A stretch of DNA of 64,000 bases from positions 56,431,126-56,495,125 of the forward strand of contig NC_057717.1 of the NCBI RefSeq assembly GCF_004010195.1. The letters are read 5' to 3'. This stretch comes from Chiloscyllium plagiosum. Its lineage: Eukaryota. Position 1 is the stretch's first letter. Every line of letters starts with the position of its first letter. The position numbers and the translations under genes were made by a program. This document shows, piece after piece, positions 25,277 to 38,225 of this stretch. A model generated the notes under the pieces. It saw only the letters and a list, made by a program, of their open reading frames with translations. It did not search any database and was not told the origin of the DNA.

Positions 25277-26074
25277 TATCATTTCATTCAAAGCTATGAA
25301 AGGTTTCCAAAATCAAACCGCGATCGATTGCAATCATCCATCTGCAATGTGACCAGTTTAACAAAAGCAGATAAATACAGACTGCAGTACTGAATCCAGA
25401 GCCTTCAGCCATTCCAATAGCTAGCACGCATTTGCAGATGAAGGCAAACACTAATTGAAATGACTAAATTTACCTTGTCTGACCAATTGCAGGCCAAACT
25501 GCAATGGAGCTGCAAAACTATGCTTATCCAGACATGAGACAATCGTGAAAAAGTACATTTGAATACATGATGTGACAAAGATTTTGCTTTCATTCAGACT
25601 ACAAGGAAGTGAAATGAAATTGTTGCTGAACTAGTCCTTACTATGAGATAACACAGGGATTCCTCATGAAAACATCATACAGCAGTGCGGTGACCACCAT
25701 TCCAGAACAACATACTGCCTCTCTATTATTTGCATAATTCTTTGGGGTTCAGAGTTTCCTTTAAAAAATTGCATTAGGTTATGTCATCGAAGACACTTCA
25801 GTGGAAAGTTGCTTGCTTCTTTGTGTTGAATTTAGAATTATTTATCTGTGACCTTTTCTAAACTGAATGTGAATATATTCAAGAAATAGGTTCCACATTT
25901 CTCTCTATCAGACTTAACACTCAGTCTCCTTCAAATATCTGAAAGGGTTTGAAGAAAACAAAAATCACCATTTACCTCAGTCATCCATCTGGAATGTGAC
26001 CAGTTTAAAAAAAACACAGCTGACGAAGGATTAAAATACTGAATCCAGAGTCTTCAGTCATTCAAACAGATGAT

Positions 26075-26615
26075 AGACCATAAGCGATGGAAGAGCAATT
26101 CTATGCCATTCAGCCCATTATGTTTACTTCACAATTGATCATGGCTGATTTATTTGGCATCTCCATTCTACTGCCTTCTCACCATCAACTTTGATCCCTT
26201 TACGAATCAATAACCTCTGTCTTGAATACACGGAATGAATTGGTCTCCACAGCTTTCTGCGGTAATGCATTCCACAGTTTCACCCACCTCTGGCCAAACA
26301 AATTCATCCACATCTCAGTTCGAAACTGTGATCCCTTCACTATGAGGGTGTGCCTTTGTGTTCTAATATCTCTGATGAGTAGAAACATCTCCAAATCATG
26401 GATTGAGGGCCTCTCAGTATTCTGTAAATTTCACTCCAAATTACCCTCTCATCCTTCGAACATCAATCGAGTACAGACCCAGAGTTCTCAACTGCTGCTC
26501 ATAGGAATCCCAAATGGAAGAGTGTAGGTTAGATGGGTATCAGATTGGTTCCATAGGTTGACACAACATCGAGGGCTGAAGGGCCTGTACTGCGCTGTAA
26601 TTTTCTAAGCTTTAT
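26075..26615. mobile_element. CR1 3' fragments (26075-26495 on -, 26510-26615 on +)
   Basis: VKLWNALPQKAVE..FKTE on minus; acaacatcgagggctgaagggcctgtactgcgctgta on plus. Confidence 0.75.
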
Positions 26616-26855
26616 GAAGGAACCGTTTTCTCTTTTTATCCTCTTCTGTCTTTTCCACCCCCTCTCCCACTCCCAGCATCTCCATATCTGTACTACTATC
26701 TGCGCAGTCACTGACTAACTTAACAAAATTGGTTGATCAGGCTTGAAGTACTGAATCTGAAGTCTGTGAATGTTTTTTTGTTAAATTGGTTTGGATTTAA
26801 TTCTGGAAGAGTCTGCTTGTTTTAAATGACTTTATTTGTGCTCTTTGATCAATAG

Positions 26856-26936
26856 CATTTCTGGAAACATTGACAGTGCAAACGGTGAGGAAAATGGACG
26901 TGCATGTTCTCCACCAGCATTTCAAGTAATTACAAA
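26856..26936 (+). CDS. Candidate exon (phase 2-2)
   Basis: ctttgatcaatag| ... |gtaagt; ISGNIDSANGEENGRACSPPAFQVIT. Confidence 0.35.
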
Positions 26937-26984
26937 GTAAGTTTAATTGCATGGGTGGCTAAGTTAGTCATTATTTAGAATACG

Positions 26985-27582
26985 AGAGAAAGTGAGGACT
27001 GTGGGTACTGGAGCTCAGTAAAAAAAAGTCTGGTAATGGAAAGCACAGCCGTTCAGGCAGCATCGAAGGAACAGGAGAGACGATGTTTTGAGCATAAGCC
27101 CTTCATCAGGAAAGTGCGGGTGGCAAGGAGGCTGGGAGATAAATGGGACGGGGTTGGGTCTGGGCGGAAGGTAGCATGGAATGCCATAGTTAGATGAAGG
27201 TCGGGAGTGATAGTTTTAGGTAAAAGTGGAGGATGGATCAATGTCGATTTCATCAGTTTCCTCATCTCCTCTTCCCCCACCTTATCCCAGATCCAACCAT
27301 CCAGTTTTGAACTGCCCTCTTGAACTGTCCTACCTGTCCATCTTCTTTCCCACCTATCCGCTCCACGCTGCACTCTGACCAGTTACCATAAACGCCTACC
27401 CTCGTCTACCTATCACATTCGAACCATCTGCCCCCAGCCCCTACTCCCTCCCATTTATCTCTCAGCCCCCCATGGCCCTTCCCCACATTCTTGATGAGAA
27501 GCTTTTGCTTGAAACGTCGACTCTCCTGCTCCTTGGATGCTGCCTGAGCAGCTGTGCTTTTCCAGCACAACACTGTTTGACT
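26985..27582. mobile_element. Inverted (foldback) Penelope 3'-end element
   Basis: Both arms match the 51460-51900 Penelope terminus; inversion point near 27240; degenerate hammerhead motifs near 27080-27110 (-) and 27488-27520 (+). Confidence 0.8.
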
Positions 27583-27699
27583 CAATATTCAGAATTTTAA
27601 ACTGTTAGGAAATAGCTGGAGAGCTGGTGGCTTTTGAAACTTTAGACACTCTTCAAAGGGCAACAGTTCAGAGGCAATGAATTAATCATATTTGTAACA

Positions 27700-28290
27700 G
27701 CTGTCAAAGGAACTTGCCTATGTTCACTCCCAAGTCCTATTACTATGTGATACTGCAAAACCTCTCCTTTAGAAAATTGTAGTTACTTTTTGAAGATCTC
27801 AGTCACTGCCTCCACCACACTATTAGGCACAGCATCCAGTTCCCAATTATGCTATTTTTTAAAAAAAAACATCCTTTTGTTTGTTTTTGTTTGTTGATCA
27901 TCTTAAATCAGTGTCCTTTTCTTCTCAAGCCTTCTGTCATAAGGAACCGTTTTTTCTTATCTGTCCTATCCAAATACCTCATGATTTTGAACATTTGTAA
28001 AATACCTTCTTAGTTTTCTTTTCTCCAAAATAGGACCCCAGGCTTCTTCAACCTATTCACATAATTGTCTAACTGCTCATCCCTGGTACCAATTTTGTGA
28101 ATCTTTTCTGCGCCCTCTTAGTCCACTTCCTGAAGCGTGGTGTTCCAACTAGAGTTGAGGTAAAATCTGTATTTTTAAATTTAATAATTGTCATTACTTC
28201 GATGTGTGGCATGCAATGCTCCTATTTATAAAGCTCAGAATCCTAACAATATCTTTAACCTGTAATGCCAGCTTCATAATTTGAGCGCAT
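27700..28290 (-). mobile_element. Old CR1-clade LINE fragment
   Basis: Degenerate reverse complement of ctcatgattttga, ccctggtaccaattttgtgaatct, cttcctgaagcgtggtg. Confidence 0.55.
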
Positions 28291-28894
28291 ACATAAAATA
28301 TATTAAGTTACAGACAGAGATCATTTAAGGAAGCACTGGTCATTGTATCAAAAACTATTAGCTTGGCAATAGAAGGAACAAAAAAAAGCAAAATAATTCT
28401 GAATTGGTGGAGGGCCGATTTAAATGGGGCAAGAGGGCATTTGTAGCAAGTGAATTTGAGCACTGTAGTGAAATAATAGTTTGCATTACAAGAGGCGATT
28501 GTTCAGCTACGGTCTGAGAATATTTCCATAAACAGTAAATGGTGGCAAAAACAAAACTCTCGTTCCCTGTATGATGATTCAAGGGAAATGTATTACTGAT
28601 AAACTTCGTGAGAACCAAACTAAATATAGGTAGTTTAGAGGGGAAGTAAAGAGTAAGGGAGAGCGGCAACTAACTTTAAAACTGAATCCAAATGTCATCC
28701 TTAGTCACAAACAGTGAAAGGGTAACAAAAGAGTGAGTGGGGCCATTTATCATAAATTTCCTGTTTAAACTGTATAGGGGCAGCGGCCTGTCTGAGGCAT
28801 TATGAAAAGGAAGTTGATGCCCAATCCATGGTGGGAAAAAAATGAAGCTAGTTGAGACTTGAATGAGTTGAAGTTTGACAGAATTTTAGAAAGG

Positions 28895-29045
28895 CTAAAA
28901 TAAAATAGAATTGCAGATGCTGGAAATCTGAATCAAAAATGAATTGCTGGAGAAACTCAGCAGGTTTGGCAACATTTGGGTGAGAAAGCAGAGTTAAACG
29001 TTTTTGAGTCCTGACCCATTGAGTTTCTGCAGCAATTTCTGCTTC
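28895..29045 (-). mobile_element. Penelope-terminus-derived short repeat (second family)
   Basis: tgcagatgctggaaatctgaa..tgctggagaaactcagcagg..gagttaaacgttt. Confidence 0.55.
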
Positions 29046-29451
29046 AGTTAGAAAAGCTGATTGTTCTTGCTGTTGGGAAGTAAAAATCAATGAATTGGAG
29101 ACACCTGAGGATGCTGAGATAAATAACCTTGAAGCTGGAATGGTACTGTCCACGATAACCTAATCCTGTACAAATACAGGGGTGGATCAGAGGACTGGAA
29201 AATTACAACATTTGCAATGTTTTTTTGTCGCGAGTGTGTGGATAAATCCAGCAACTAGATTCATCTTAGTGGTAGGAAGGCTTCTAAGGAACTGTAATCT
29301 CAGCTTCAAGCAACAATATTGCGGAGCATGTAGCCTAACTTTTTATGCTGTCTAAGAAATCCTCAACAGTTCGTATGCAAAAATGTTTACTAGAATCATC
29401 TGATGAAGGCTTATAATTATAATTCTTCACTTTTCATGTGTATTTTAAAGG

Positions 29452-29786
29452 GAGATTAGATTAGATTAGACTCCCTATCGTGTAGAAACAGGCCCTTCGG
29501 CCCAACATGTCCACACCGACCCTCCGAAGAGTATCCCACCCAGGCCCATTCCCCTAACCTATATTTACCCCGACAAATGCAACTAACGATATGGGCAATT
29601 TAGCTTGGCCAATTCACCTGACCTGCGCATCTTTGGATTGTGGGAGGAACCGAAGCACTGGGAGTAAAACCATGCAGATACTGGGAGAATGTGCAAAATC
29701 CATACAGACAGTTGCCTGAGGCGCGAATCGAATCTGGGACTCTGGAACCATGAGGTAGCAGTATTAACCACTGAGCCACCATGCTG
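29452..29786 (-). mobile_element. HE1 SINE, full length
   Basis: (agatt)n tail, V-domain, accactgagccaccatgct head. Confidence 0.9.
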
Positions 29787-29908
29787 ACCCGAAGTTGTAG
29801 CGTTTAACTGTAGAAGTAAGTGCTTGCACGAATCTCTTACTTTATTATTTGTGTTCAGTTGCAGCTGTGAAACAAACATGAAGTCCAAACTCTCCCCAAT
29901 TTCTGCAG

Positions 29909-29954
29909 AAGTTAACAATTTAAATTCACCAGAAAAGGAAGTGACAGTCAAGAA
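29909..29954 (+). CDS. Candidate micro-exon (phase 1-2)
   Basis: ctccccaatttctgcag| ... |gtaagt; VNNLNSPEKEVTVK. Confidence 0.4.
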
Positions 29955-30616
29955 GTAAGTTTCATCCATCGTATGACCATGTTATGTTTTGTGTGCAATA
30001 CATTAATGTGAAAAGGAAATTTCAGTAGCGCTGGTGACTGTATCTCAGATTGTCAGAAATGTCTTCATGAAGATGTAAATGTTTCCCTGCTGTATGACTG
30101 TGTAAGACACACCATAAAAACAATGACATGAACACACCTGATCATAGACCATTCATGAAAAATGGCTTCTCAATTCTTTGCATAGTTTCTCCCGAATCCT
30201 TAAGGACAAGGAATGTTCCGCACTTAGTGGAGGACAACCAACTGTTCAATGTGAAAATGTTGAGTCTATCTCAGGTTGACATTTCTATTCTATGTAGCAA
30301 ATATAAGTTATTGAAGGAGTGCTTCATTCCTTGCCCATTTTTTCTCTGCATCATCATCTGCCACTGTCACTGCTGGCACGTTGCTTTGGCCCTCAGGGTC
30401 ATTTCTTGTAAGTTTCCCGAGGAATCTTAAAGATGTTTACACAATTTTGTGGAACCTTACGTTTGGATATGACCTTGTTTAATGAAATTAGCTGATCAGG
30501 GTGTGAAATGCTGCATTTTGAGACTTCAGTATTTCATTTTAATGGCTGGCAACCAATTATATACTCAAACACCATTTTAATTTGCTTTTTATTTTGTGGT
30601 TTATGATCAATCGCAG

Positions 30617-30688
30617 AAGTTTAACTGCCCAAGCATTCAAGAAAATGGTCGACTCGGTTCTGAGGGAATGAAAAGCACCGATGAAACA
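30617..30688 (+). CDS. Candidate exon (phase 0-0)
   Basis: gatcaatcgcag| ... |gtaagt; KFNCPSIQENGRLGSEGMKSTDET. Confidence 0.35.
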
Positions 30689-30860
30689 GTAAGTTTGATT
30701 TGACACATTGCTAAATTGTATTTTTGTATTCGGAATTTAACAACGTGACAGGAATTGCTGGAGAGTGAGAATTTAAAGTAGAATAGTGTCGAGATTTTCT
30801 CATGAAGACATCCCCCAATGCAATGTGCCAAACAGCACTCCAAACCATCATAATCACATT

Positions 30861-32032
30861 AAAGAAGCTGCTTGATTCGCAACTCCAATGATCGCATTAT
30901 TCCTAGAGAATGATTTGATTCGACTTTCAGTGTAGTTCATGCAAAACTCTTCCTGTTAATTATATGTCCTACATTATCAGAATTTTGGAGTTGTTCATCT
31001 CGGATTGTCATTTGTCAAGTTTGTGGTAATGATGCATTAGGGATGGGATGGTTTCCCTCTTCACACTACTTCACTACAAGCTATGCTGCAAACTCCATGT
31101 GAATGTGTGTTTGAAAAGGAATTACACCAATACATAGCACAGTCATATAATGCGTATGTGTTTTCTTCCTGGCATCCTGACTTTGGTAGCCCTCCCATTC
31201 CATTCTGCTGTTGTATGATGTTCATTTATTCTAATTTGCACAGCTTCCTCCTGAATCCAAGAAATCCAAATGTTCTTCTGAAACGAGTTTTCATGTTTGA
31301 AATGTGATAGAGGATCTTTCAAAGATATTTGACTGTGGAAAGCATTGCACAAATGCAATTCCAAACCATTGTTGGGAGATTGCTGAGGTTGTTTTACGGC
31401 TCTGAATAATGTCAGTTAATACTTTGGAAGCATGAGAATCAAAAAAAAAGAAGCTGCTGATTCGCAACTCCAATGATCGCATTATTCCTAGAGAATGACT
31501 TGATTCGACTTTCAGTGTAGTTCATGCAAAACTCTTCCTGTTAATTATATGTCCTACATTATCAGAATTTTGGAGTTGTTCATCTCGGATTGTCATTTGT
31601 CAAGTTTGTAGTAATGATGCATTAGGGATGGGATGGTTTCCCTCTTCACACTACTTCACTACAAGCTATGCTGCAAACTCCATGTGAATGTGTGTTTGAA
31701 AAGGAATTACACCAATACATAGCACAGTCATATAATGCGTATGTGTTTTCTTCCCGGCATCCTGACTTTGGTAGCCCTCCCATTCCATTCTGCTGTTGTA
31801 TGATGTTCATTTATTCTAATTTGCACAGCTTCCTCCTGAATCCAAGAAATCCAAATGTTCTTCTGAAACGAGTTTTCATGTTTGAAATGTGATAGAGGAT
31901 CTTTCAAAGATATTTGACTGTGGAAAGCATTGCACAAATGCAATTCCAAACCATTGTTGGGAGATTGCTGAGGTTGTTTTACGGCTCTGAATAATGTCAG
32001 TTAATACTTTGGAAGCATGAGAATCAAAAAAA
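30861..32032. repeat. Near-perfect 585-bp tandem duplication
   Basis: Units start aaagaagctgc at about 30861 and 31448; ORFs 31083 and 31668 are near-identical and offset by 585. Confidence 0.95.
31244..31294 (+). CDS. Candidate exon (phase 0-0), duplicated at 31829-31879
   Basis: tttattctaatttgcacag| ... |gtttga (weak donor); LPPESKKSKCSSETSFH. Confidence 0.3.
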
Positions 32033-32071
32033 ATATTCCGTGTTTTTAGCTGATGAAGAAAGGACATTTAT

Positions 32072-32815
32072 TCAATTCATTTTGTAAGGTGGAATTTGAA
32101 TGCAGGTTACAGGGTTAACGACAGGACTCTTGGCTGTGTGGAGGAACCGAAGGATCTTGGAGTCCACATTCATCGATCCCTCAAAGTTGCCACCCAAGTT
32201 GATAATGTTGTTAAGGCATATGATGTGTTGGCTTTCATGAGCGGGGGATTGAGCTTAAGAGCTGCAAGATTATGTTGCAGCTCAATAAAACCCTGCTTAG
32301 ACCACATTTGGAATATTGTGTTTAATTCTGGTCGCCTGATTATAGGAAGGATGTAGAAGTTTTAGAGAGTGTGAAGAGGAGGAACTATTAGGATGCTGCC
32401 TGGACTGGAGGGCATGTCATAGGAAGCAAGCTTGAGAGAGCTCGGATTTTTCTTATGTGGAGTGAAGAAGTGTGAAATGTGACTTGATAGTGGTGTACAA
32501 GATAATGAGAGGCATAGATAGAATAGATAACCAGACATTTAACTAGGACACAGATGGTTTTCAGAGGACATAACTTGAAAGTGATTGGAACAAGGTTTAG
32601 GGCTTTACAGAGTGGTGGGCGTCTGGAATGCACTCTCAGAGGTGGTGATAGAGTCAGATACATTAAGGGAATTTAAGTGACACTTGGTTCGGCACATGGA
32701 TAGTAGTAAAATGAAGAGTATGTCGGTTAGTTTGATCTTCGAGTAGGATAATAGGTCAGCACGACATCGAGGGCCAAAGGGCCTTACTGAGCTGTACTAT
32801 TCTCTGTTCTATGTT
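32072..32815 (+). mobile_element. CR1 LINE 3' part
   Basis: DLGVHIHRSLKVATQVD; 3'UTR acgacatcgagggccaaagggcc..ttctatgt. Confidence 0.88.
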
Positions 32816-33579
32816 GCAACAAATGAACCCAGGCTTCTTTCTCATGTCATGTTTCCAACGTGTTTCAGTTTAGATTCACTGTTTCCTTTAGCTGAAGTAA
32901 TTTCCTTTGTTAAAGGAGTAACATTTCCATCATCTTGCCCCCTCCACCTTTGAAACTTCTTTGTATTCGATATAGAGATTTCTCTTTTTTTAGTCTAACT
33001 TCACTTTTTTGTCTCGCACAGAGTATTTGTCTTGCCGTTGCCAGCCATGCTTCCAGCTGCTTAGACTCCAAACTTTGAAATACACGCTATGCTTCTCTCC
33101 TTTCTTAAAGAAGCCTGCATAAAAAACTTCCTCTTTTATCAAGTTTTTGGTAAGTCTGCTGACTTCACTGAGTTGCAATCTTCTGACATTTCCACGAGTT
33201 AGTCATTTCATTTCAAAATTTCTAACTTTCAATTGTTAATATCATTCAACAACTTAACAATGTGGAGCAATTGTGTTTTAGAATCATGGCAGAAGAGTAT
33301 TACTTGGACTAACTGACCTGAAAGCAGGTGAACTAAAAATGATCCCTCCAGTGTAAATAATTTCTAAGACGAAGTAGTATATTTTTTCCTCAATCAGCAT
33401 GAGGCTATTACTGCATATGGCACTGCAGGAGCCGAGAAGCCCATACCAAACACTAATAAGAATTGTTCTGGTTGGTCGCAGTAAAGTCTTGATGTCTCTG
33501 TATAATGTTTCACACAATATATTTCTGTGCTATAATGATAGATTATTAACAGCTTTAAATGTGCACCCATCTGTTCCAG

Positions 33580-33665
33580 TTGGATGTGATAAGCAGCAAA
33601 GGTCTGTAGATATGGAAATTCCTAGCAAAAAATTAGAACAGCATTTTCAGCATAATTCTTTCCAT
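33580..33665 (+). CDS. Candidate exon (phase 1-0)
   Basis: ctgttccag| ... |gtaagt; GCDKQQRSVDMEIPSKKLEQHFQHNSFH. Confidence 0.4.
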
Positions 33666-34435
33666 GTAAGTTGGCTGCAAATTAAACAAATCATGTTTGA
33701 GACTTTGTAATGTCAAAGTTTCCTCATGTGTATCCCATCATAGACCATACCTGGAGCTCAGTCCATCTCCTATTTCACACCAAGACTGATGTTTGCAGGC
33801 CAGCATTGGCTTCTGGTCCACTGATGCCTGCATTTAGATTTATTTTACAAAAGACCTTCTCGTGTTCACACCCCTTTCATATTCTCAGTCTCCCTCTGTC
33901 TGGAATTACTTGAGATCCCAAACTTTTCCTGTAGCATTTTTGTTCTACCAAGTCCAGTCTGTTATACATCTCTCGATTCCAACATCAGTCCCGCCACCAT
34001 TAGTGCAACTTCCTGCAGATGGATAATTACTTACCCCAAACAATACCACCTCTGAAGTTTTAAGAATTTGATGTAAAATCCTATCTGAATATCCCCCCTT
34101 TAATGTCAGTTCGTGTATGGGTAACCTGCTGTGAAGTACCATGGGGAAATTTTCAGTGCAAAAGGTTCTATTTCAGTTTTGTGATAACTGATATCATTCT
34201 GTAAAAAAAAAATAACCATTGATTTGTCTGTGAAATAATGCTGCATTAAACAGGTAGTTAATATAAGTGAGTTGCAAGCTGATGATATTGGAGAATCTCA
34301 TTGGTCATCCTCAAATAGACCAAACTTGGCCTTTTTACTGGGGTGCCTTAAGCATTGGCAATGCTACCACCAGAATTCAGACAAACAAATCATCTTCATC
34401 CTTGTGTTTCTTTTTCATTCTTTGCTTGATTTGTC

Positions 34436-36700
34436 ATAGAGATGTATAGCACGGAAACAGNNNNNNNNNNNNNNNNNNNNNNNNNNNNNNNNNNNNNNNN
34501 NNNNNNNNNNNNNNNNNNNNNNNNNNNNNNNNNNNNNNNNNNNNNNNNNNNNNNNNNNNNNNNNNNNNNNNNNNNNNNNNNNNNNNNNNNNNNNNNNNNN
34601 NNNNNNNNNNNNNNNNNNNNNNNNNNNNNNNNNNNNNNNNNNNNNNNNNNNNNNNNNNNNNNNNNNNNNNNNNNNNNNNNNNNNNNNNTGTACAACCGCA
34701 ACATGACCTACCAACTCCTGTACTCAATACTCTGACCAATAAAGCAAAGCATACCAGACGCCTTCTTCACTCTCCTATCTACATGCGACACGAATTTCAA
34801 GGAGCTATGAACCAGCAATCCAAGGTATCCTAGTTCAGCAACACACACTAGGGCCTTATCATTAAGAGTATATGTCCTGCTAAGATTTGTTTTCCCAAAA
34901 TGCAGCACCTCTCGTTTATTTAAATTAAACTCCATCTTTCATTTCTTAGCCCAGTGACCCACCTGATGAAGATCCCATTGTAGTCTGAGGTAACCTTCTT
35001 CGCTGTCCACTACACCTCTAATTTTGGTGGCATCTGCAAACTTAATAACTATATCTCTTATGTTCACATCAAAATCATTTATAAACGATGAGAAGTAGTG
35101 TACCTCGCACCGATCCTTGTGGCACTCCACAGGACACAAGCCTCCAGTCTGAAAAACAACCCACCACCACCCTCTGTCTTCTACGTTTGAGTCAGTTCTG
35201 TATCCAAATGGCTAGTTTTCCCTGTATTCCATAAGATATAACCTTGCTAGCCATTCTCCCATGAGGAACTTTGCCGAAAGCTTTAGTGAAGTCCATATAG
35301 ATCATGTCCACTGCTCTGCCCTCAACAATTCTCTTTGTTACTTCTTCAAAAAACGTGATCAAGTTTGTGAGACATGATTTCCCACATATACAGCCATGTT
35401 GACTATCTCTAATGAATCCTTGCCTTTCTCAATACATGTGCAATCTATCCCTCAGGATTCCCTCCCACAACTTACCCACACCGACGTCAGGCTCGCTTGT
35501 CTTTTGTTCCCTATTTTATTCATACCGCACTCCTTAAGTAGTGGCACCACGTTAGCCAGCTTTCAGTCTTGTTATATCTCACCTGTGACAATCGATGATA
35601 CAAATATCTCAGCAACGGGCCCAGAAATCACTTCCATAGCTTCCCACAGAATTCTCGCGTACACCTGATGTGGTCCTCCTCTGTAATATGGACATTTTTC
35701 TAGATGTTACAATCTATTACCCTCATTCTATACCTTATACGTCCTTTTTTCCCCACATTATACACTGATACAAAATACCCGTTCGTTATCTACCCATCTC
35801 CTGCGATTCCACGCAAACCCCGCCTTGCTGATTTTTGAGGGGCCATATTCTCTCCCTAGATACGATTTTGTTCCTCATGTATTTCTAAAAAACACTTTGG
35901 ATTCTCCTTAACACTATTTGTCAAAGCTATCCCAATACCCCTTTTTGCGCTACTGATTTCCCTCTTAAGTATACTCCTAATGCCTTTAAACTTTAAGTTT
36001 CCATTTGGACTGTCTTGTCTAGACGTGACATATGCTTCCTACTTTTTCTTAACCAAACCAAAATTTCTTTAGTCATCCAGAATTCCCTATACCTACCAGA
36101 TTTTTCTTTCACCTTAACAGGAATATACTGTCTCTGGACTCACATCTCATTTCTGAATGCTTCCCATTTTCCACTCATCTATTTACTTTCAAAATCTGCC
36201 CACATCTGCTTTTGAAAGTTCTTGCCTCATACCATCAAAATTAGCCTTCCTCGTATTTCGAACTTCAACTTTTAGATCTTGTTTATCCTTTTCCATCACT
36301 CTTAAAAATAATAGAAATTTGGTCACTGGCACCAAAATGCTCCCCCCACTGACACCTTCATCACCTGCCCTGCCTTATTTCCCAAGACTAGGTCAAGTTT
36401 CTCTCCTAGTTACATCCACATCCTGAATCAGATAATTTTCTTAAACACACATTTCACAAATTCCTTTCCATCTAAACCCTTAACACTATGGCAGTCCCAA
36501 TCTATGTTTGGGAAGATAAAATCTCCAACCATAACCAACCTATTATTCTTACAGATAACAGGCCTCCTTACAAATCTATTTCTCAATTTCCCTCTGACTA
36601 TTAGAAGAGTGTATAATGCAATCCAATAAGGTGATCATTCCTTTATTTTGCAAATCAACCGAAATAACTTCTCTACATGTATTGCCGGAATATTCTTCAT
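34436..36700 (-). mobile_element. CR1 ORF2 (endonuclease-RT), spans an N gap
   Basis: KFADATK, MEFNLNK..HFGK, DF.KAF motifs on minus. Confidence 0.88.
34461..34688. other. Assembly gap (228 N)
   Basis: Run of N. Confidence 1.
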
Positions 36701-36752
36701 TAGTCATTACAACTGAATTTCCTTCTCAAAGTAGTGTTCCAAGATGTCAAAA

Positions 36753-37582
36753 CATAGAGTCATAGAGTTGTAGAGATGTACAGCATGGAAATACGCCCTT
36801 CAGTCCAACCCGACCATGCTGACCAGATTTCCCAACCCAATCTAGTCCCACCTGCCAGCGCCAGGCCCATATCCATCCAAACCCTTCCTATTCATATACC
36901 CATCCAAATGCCTCTTAAATGTTGCAATTGTACCAGCGTCCACCACATCCTCTGGCAGCTCATTCTATACACATACCACTCTCTGCGTGAAAAAGTTGCC
37001 CGTTTGGTCTCTTTTATATCTTTCCCTTCTCACCATAAACCTATGCCCTCTAGTTCTGTACTCCCCGACCCCAGGAAAATACTTTGTCTATTTATCCTTA
37101 CACGGCCCTCATAATTTCGTAAACCTCAATAAGGTCATCCCTCAGCCTCCGACGCTCCAGGGAAAACAGCCCCAGCCTGTTCAGCCTCTCCCTGTAGCTC
37201 AGATCCTCCAATCCTGGCAACATCCATGTAATCTTTTCTGAACCCTTTCAAGTTTCAAAACATCTTTCGGATAGGAAGGAGACCAGAATTGCACGCAATA
37301 TTCCAACAATGGCCTAACCAATGTCCTGTACAGCCGCAACATGACCTCCCAGCACCTGTACTCAATACGCTGACCAATAAAGGAAAGCATACCAAACGCC
37401 TTCTTCATTATCGTATCTACCTGCGACTCCACTTTCAATGAGCTATGAACCTGCAACTCCAAGGCCTCTTTGTTCAGCAACACTCCCTAGGACCTTACCA
37501 TTAAGTGTATAAATCCTGCTAAGATTTGCTTTCCCAAAATGCAGCACCTCTCATTTATCTGAAATAAACTCCATCTGCCTCT
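36753..37582 (-). mobile_element. Young CR1 (HER1-like) 3' part
   Basis: LYRTLVRPLLEYCVQFWSPSY..LERVQKR; (catagagt)n tail. Confidence 0.92.
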
Positions 37583-37994
37583 TACATGCTGTTGAATGTG
37601 TGACTTCAGTATCTAGTTCAGAATGCGTGTTGATGAAATCTTCAGTACTGGCCATTTTTGTGAATGAATGGCATGTAAAATGAGTCGCCTTTGAGAAGAC
37701 CGAAAACCATTTGTAAATTAGTTTTGAACCTCTGCATTTTGAGTAGTGTTTGTGGGTTAGAGCTTAAATGTATGGGCCCAGTGACTTGTTAAAAGTATCC
37801 TATACTATGCTGTGTTCCCAGATGTCTTCTGGAGTGGACATCAGCCATGAGATCAAGTCTTCCAGTATAGTCTGCAAGGTGCCTAGGTATATTCGTAGTC
37901 TTAGGCTTGAGATGGAACCTCAGCTTTGAGCAAATGAAACAGTAGTGTTTATTACAGCATTGGGTGTGACACCACAATGTAAGTCGTCCTCTAG

Positions 37995-38086
37995 GTCTCA
38001 AAAAACCCATCTTGGTAAACAAAATAGATGGTAGCATTCCGAGCAGGTGTGCTTCTATCTCGTCTGCAAGTGATCATTTTGTAAAA
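37995..38086 (+). CDS. Candidate exon (phase 1-0)
   Basis: cgtcctctag| ... |gtaggt; LKKPILVNKIDGSIPSRCASISSASDHFVK. Confidence 0.35.
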
Positions 38087-38225
38087 GTAGGTATTGGTTA
38101 TGGATAGCTACTTTTTTGCACGTAGTTCCAATGGCAACAGTATGTGTTCACTGAGTCTATATGATGAACTAGCACATTAAGTCTGATTGTGTGACAGAAT
38201 GATGTCGTCAGGCATTTTGGGCAGG

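Noticed and set aside
24400-25740. Several ATTTGCAT octamers as Ig promoters
   Set aside because: No leader or V exon nearby; expected by chance in AT-rich DNA
32050-32083. Phase 0-1 exon bridging 31879 and 33580
   Set aside because: The donor lies in CR1-derived sequence and is probably fortuitous
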